Shown here in pieces: positions 1 through 365 of a stretch of 365 bases of DNA (position 1 is the first letter of the stretch; every line of letters starts with the position of its first letter). Made by a program: the position numbers and the translations under genes. Source of the stretch: Escherichia coli (lineage in GTDB: Bacteria > Pseudomonadota > Gammaproteobacteria > Enterobacterales > Enterobacteriaceae); the NCBI RefSeq assembly GCF_003334335.1, contig NZ_QOWQ01000203.1. One strand, given 5' to 3'. The notes beneath the pieces were generated by a model. It searched no databases. It saw only the letters and a program-made list of their open reading frames with translations, and was not told the DNA's origin.

Positions 1-365
1 AGTCCCCACACCCCGTATGTCTCCACACCATCAGGCAGGGTACTGACCTGTATCCGGTCCGGCGCGGGGTGTGCGGTGATGTCCACACTCACCGGCTTAC
101 CGCTGCCGTTAATCAGGTTCACCGTCGATGCACCTGTCCCCGGAAGTGTCACTTCACGGTCCAGCGTCAGGGTGCGGGTGGCAGCATCGATGGACAGGAC
201 ACGTCCGCCGGTCAGGGTCCCGGCATAGTCGTTATCACAGATTTCAATGATGTCACCGGGTGTGTGCCGCAGCCCCTGAGACCCGAGTGTGAAATCCACC
301 GTCTGCGTTTCCAGCAGTTCGGTCTTTATCACCCACAGCCCGGCACGGTGGGCCTGACCGCGGCT
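1..365 (-). CDS. J: Internal fragment of a lambda-like phage tail tip / host specificity protein (gpJ-family central tail fibre protein); partial at both ends
   Basis: Seen in sequence: the reverse complement read from base 365 gives 121 sense codons with no stop (complement of 365..3), and bases 2..1 begin the next codon. The other two minus-strand frames hit TGA within about 36 and 111 nt. Leucine is encoded almost entirely by CTG, as in well-expressed enterobacterial or lambdoid genes. Recognition from memory, not a database search: motifs such as SRGQAHRAGLW-IKTELLETQTVDF, GDIIEICDNDYAG, TRTLTLDRE and NGSGKPVSV match what I recall of the central region of phage lambda gpJ (about 1130 aa), with many substitutions. 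No start or stop codon lies in the window, so true gene boundaries are outside it. Confidence 0.87.

Noticed and set aside
50-70. Short GC-rich near-palindromic stretch (ccggtccggcgcgggg) that could be mistaken for a stem-loop or terminator
   Set aside because: The symmetry is imperfect, no T-tract follows on either strand, and it sits inside an uninterrupted coding frame. This is most likely coincidental in GC-rich coding sequence.
1-225. Plus-strand frame 1 open for 75 codons before a TAG at 226-228
   Set aside because: It overlaps the well-supported minus-strand CDS entirely and has no recognisable protein similarity. Long spurious antisense ORFs are expected in DNA of about 62% GC.
3-365. 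A completely open reading frame on the plus strand (frame 3), with no stop codon across the whole window
   Set aside because: It is the codon-aligned antisense frame of the J-like gene. Stops there would require TTA, CTA or TCA codons in the sense strand, which this CTG-rich gene avoids, so the frame stays open by construction. Its translation is Arg/Cys/His/Pro-rich and resembles no protein family I recognise, whereas the minus-strand frame gives a recognisable gpJ-like sequence.
1-365. Possibility of CRISPR repeats, tRNA/ncRNA, insertion-sequence termini, or Chi sites (GCTGGTGG / CCACCAGC)
   Set aside because: No direct or inverted repeats of meaningful length were seen, there is no exact Chi octamer on either strand, and there is no non-coding space. 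The whole window is explained by the single CDS.
1-365. The suggestion that the window holds an exciting, previously undescribed biological system
   Set aside because: Nothing in the 365 bases supports it. The sequence is an internal fragment of a known phage structural gene family, and claiming novelty would be unsupported speculation.

Overview
The whole 365-bp window is an internal fragment of a single protein-coding gene on the minus strand, with no start or stop codon in the window. Its 121-codon translation (SRGQAHRAGLWVIKTELLETQTVDFTLGSQGLRHTPGDIIEICDNDYAGTLTGGRVLSIDAATRTLTLDREVTLPGTGASTVNLINGSGKPVSVDITAHPAPDRIQVSTLPDGVETYGVWG) is one I recognise, from memory and not from a search, as the central part of a lambda-like phage tail tip / host specificity protein (gpJ family). 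The DNA is therefore most likely lambdoid prophage or phage tail-module sequence from an enterobacterial-type host. I find no RNA gene, CRISPR repeat, mobile-element terminus, promoter or terminator. I also find no support in this window for a previously undescribed system: every base is explained by one ordinary phage structural gene. The only points worth a second look are the apparent divergence of this J homologue from canonical lambda J and the flanking DNA, which is not shown.
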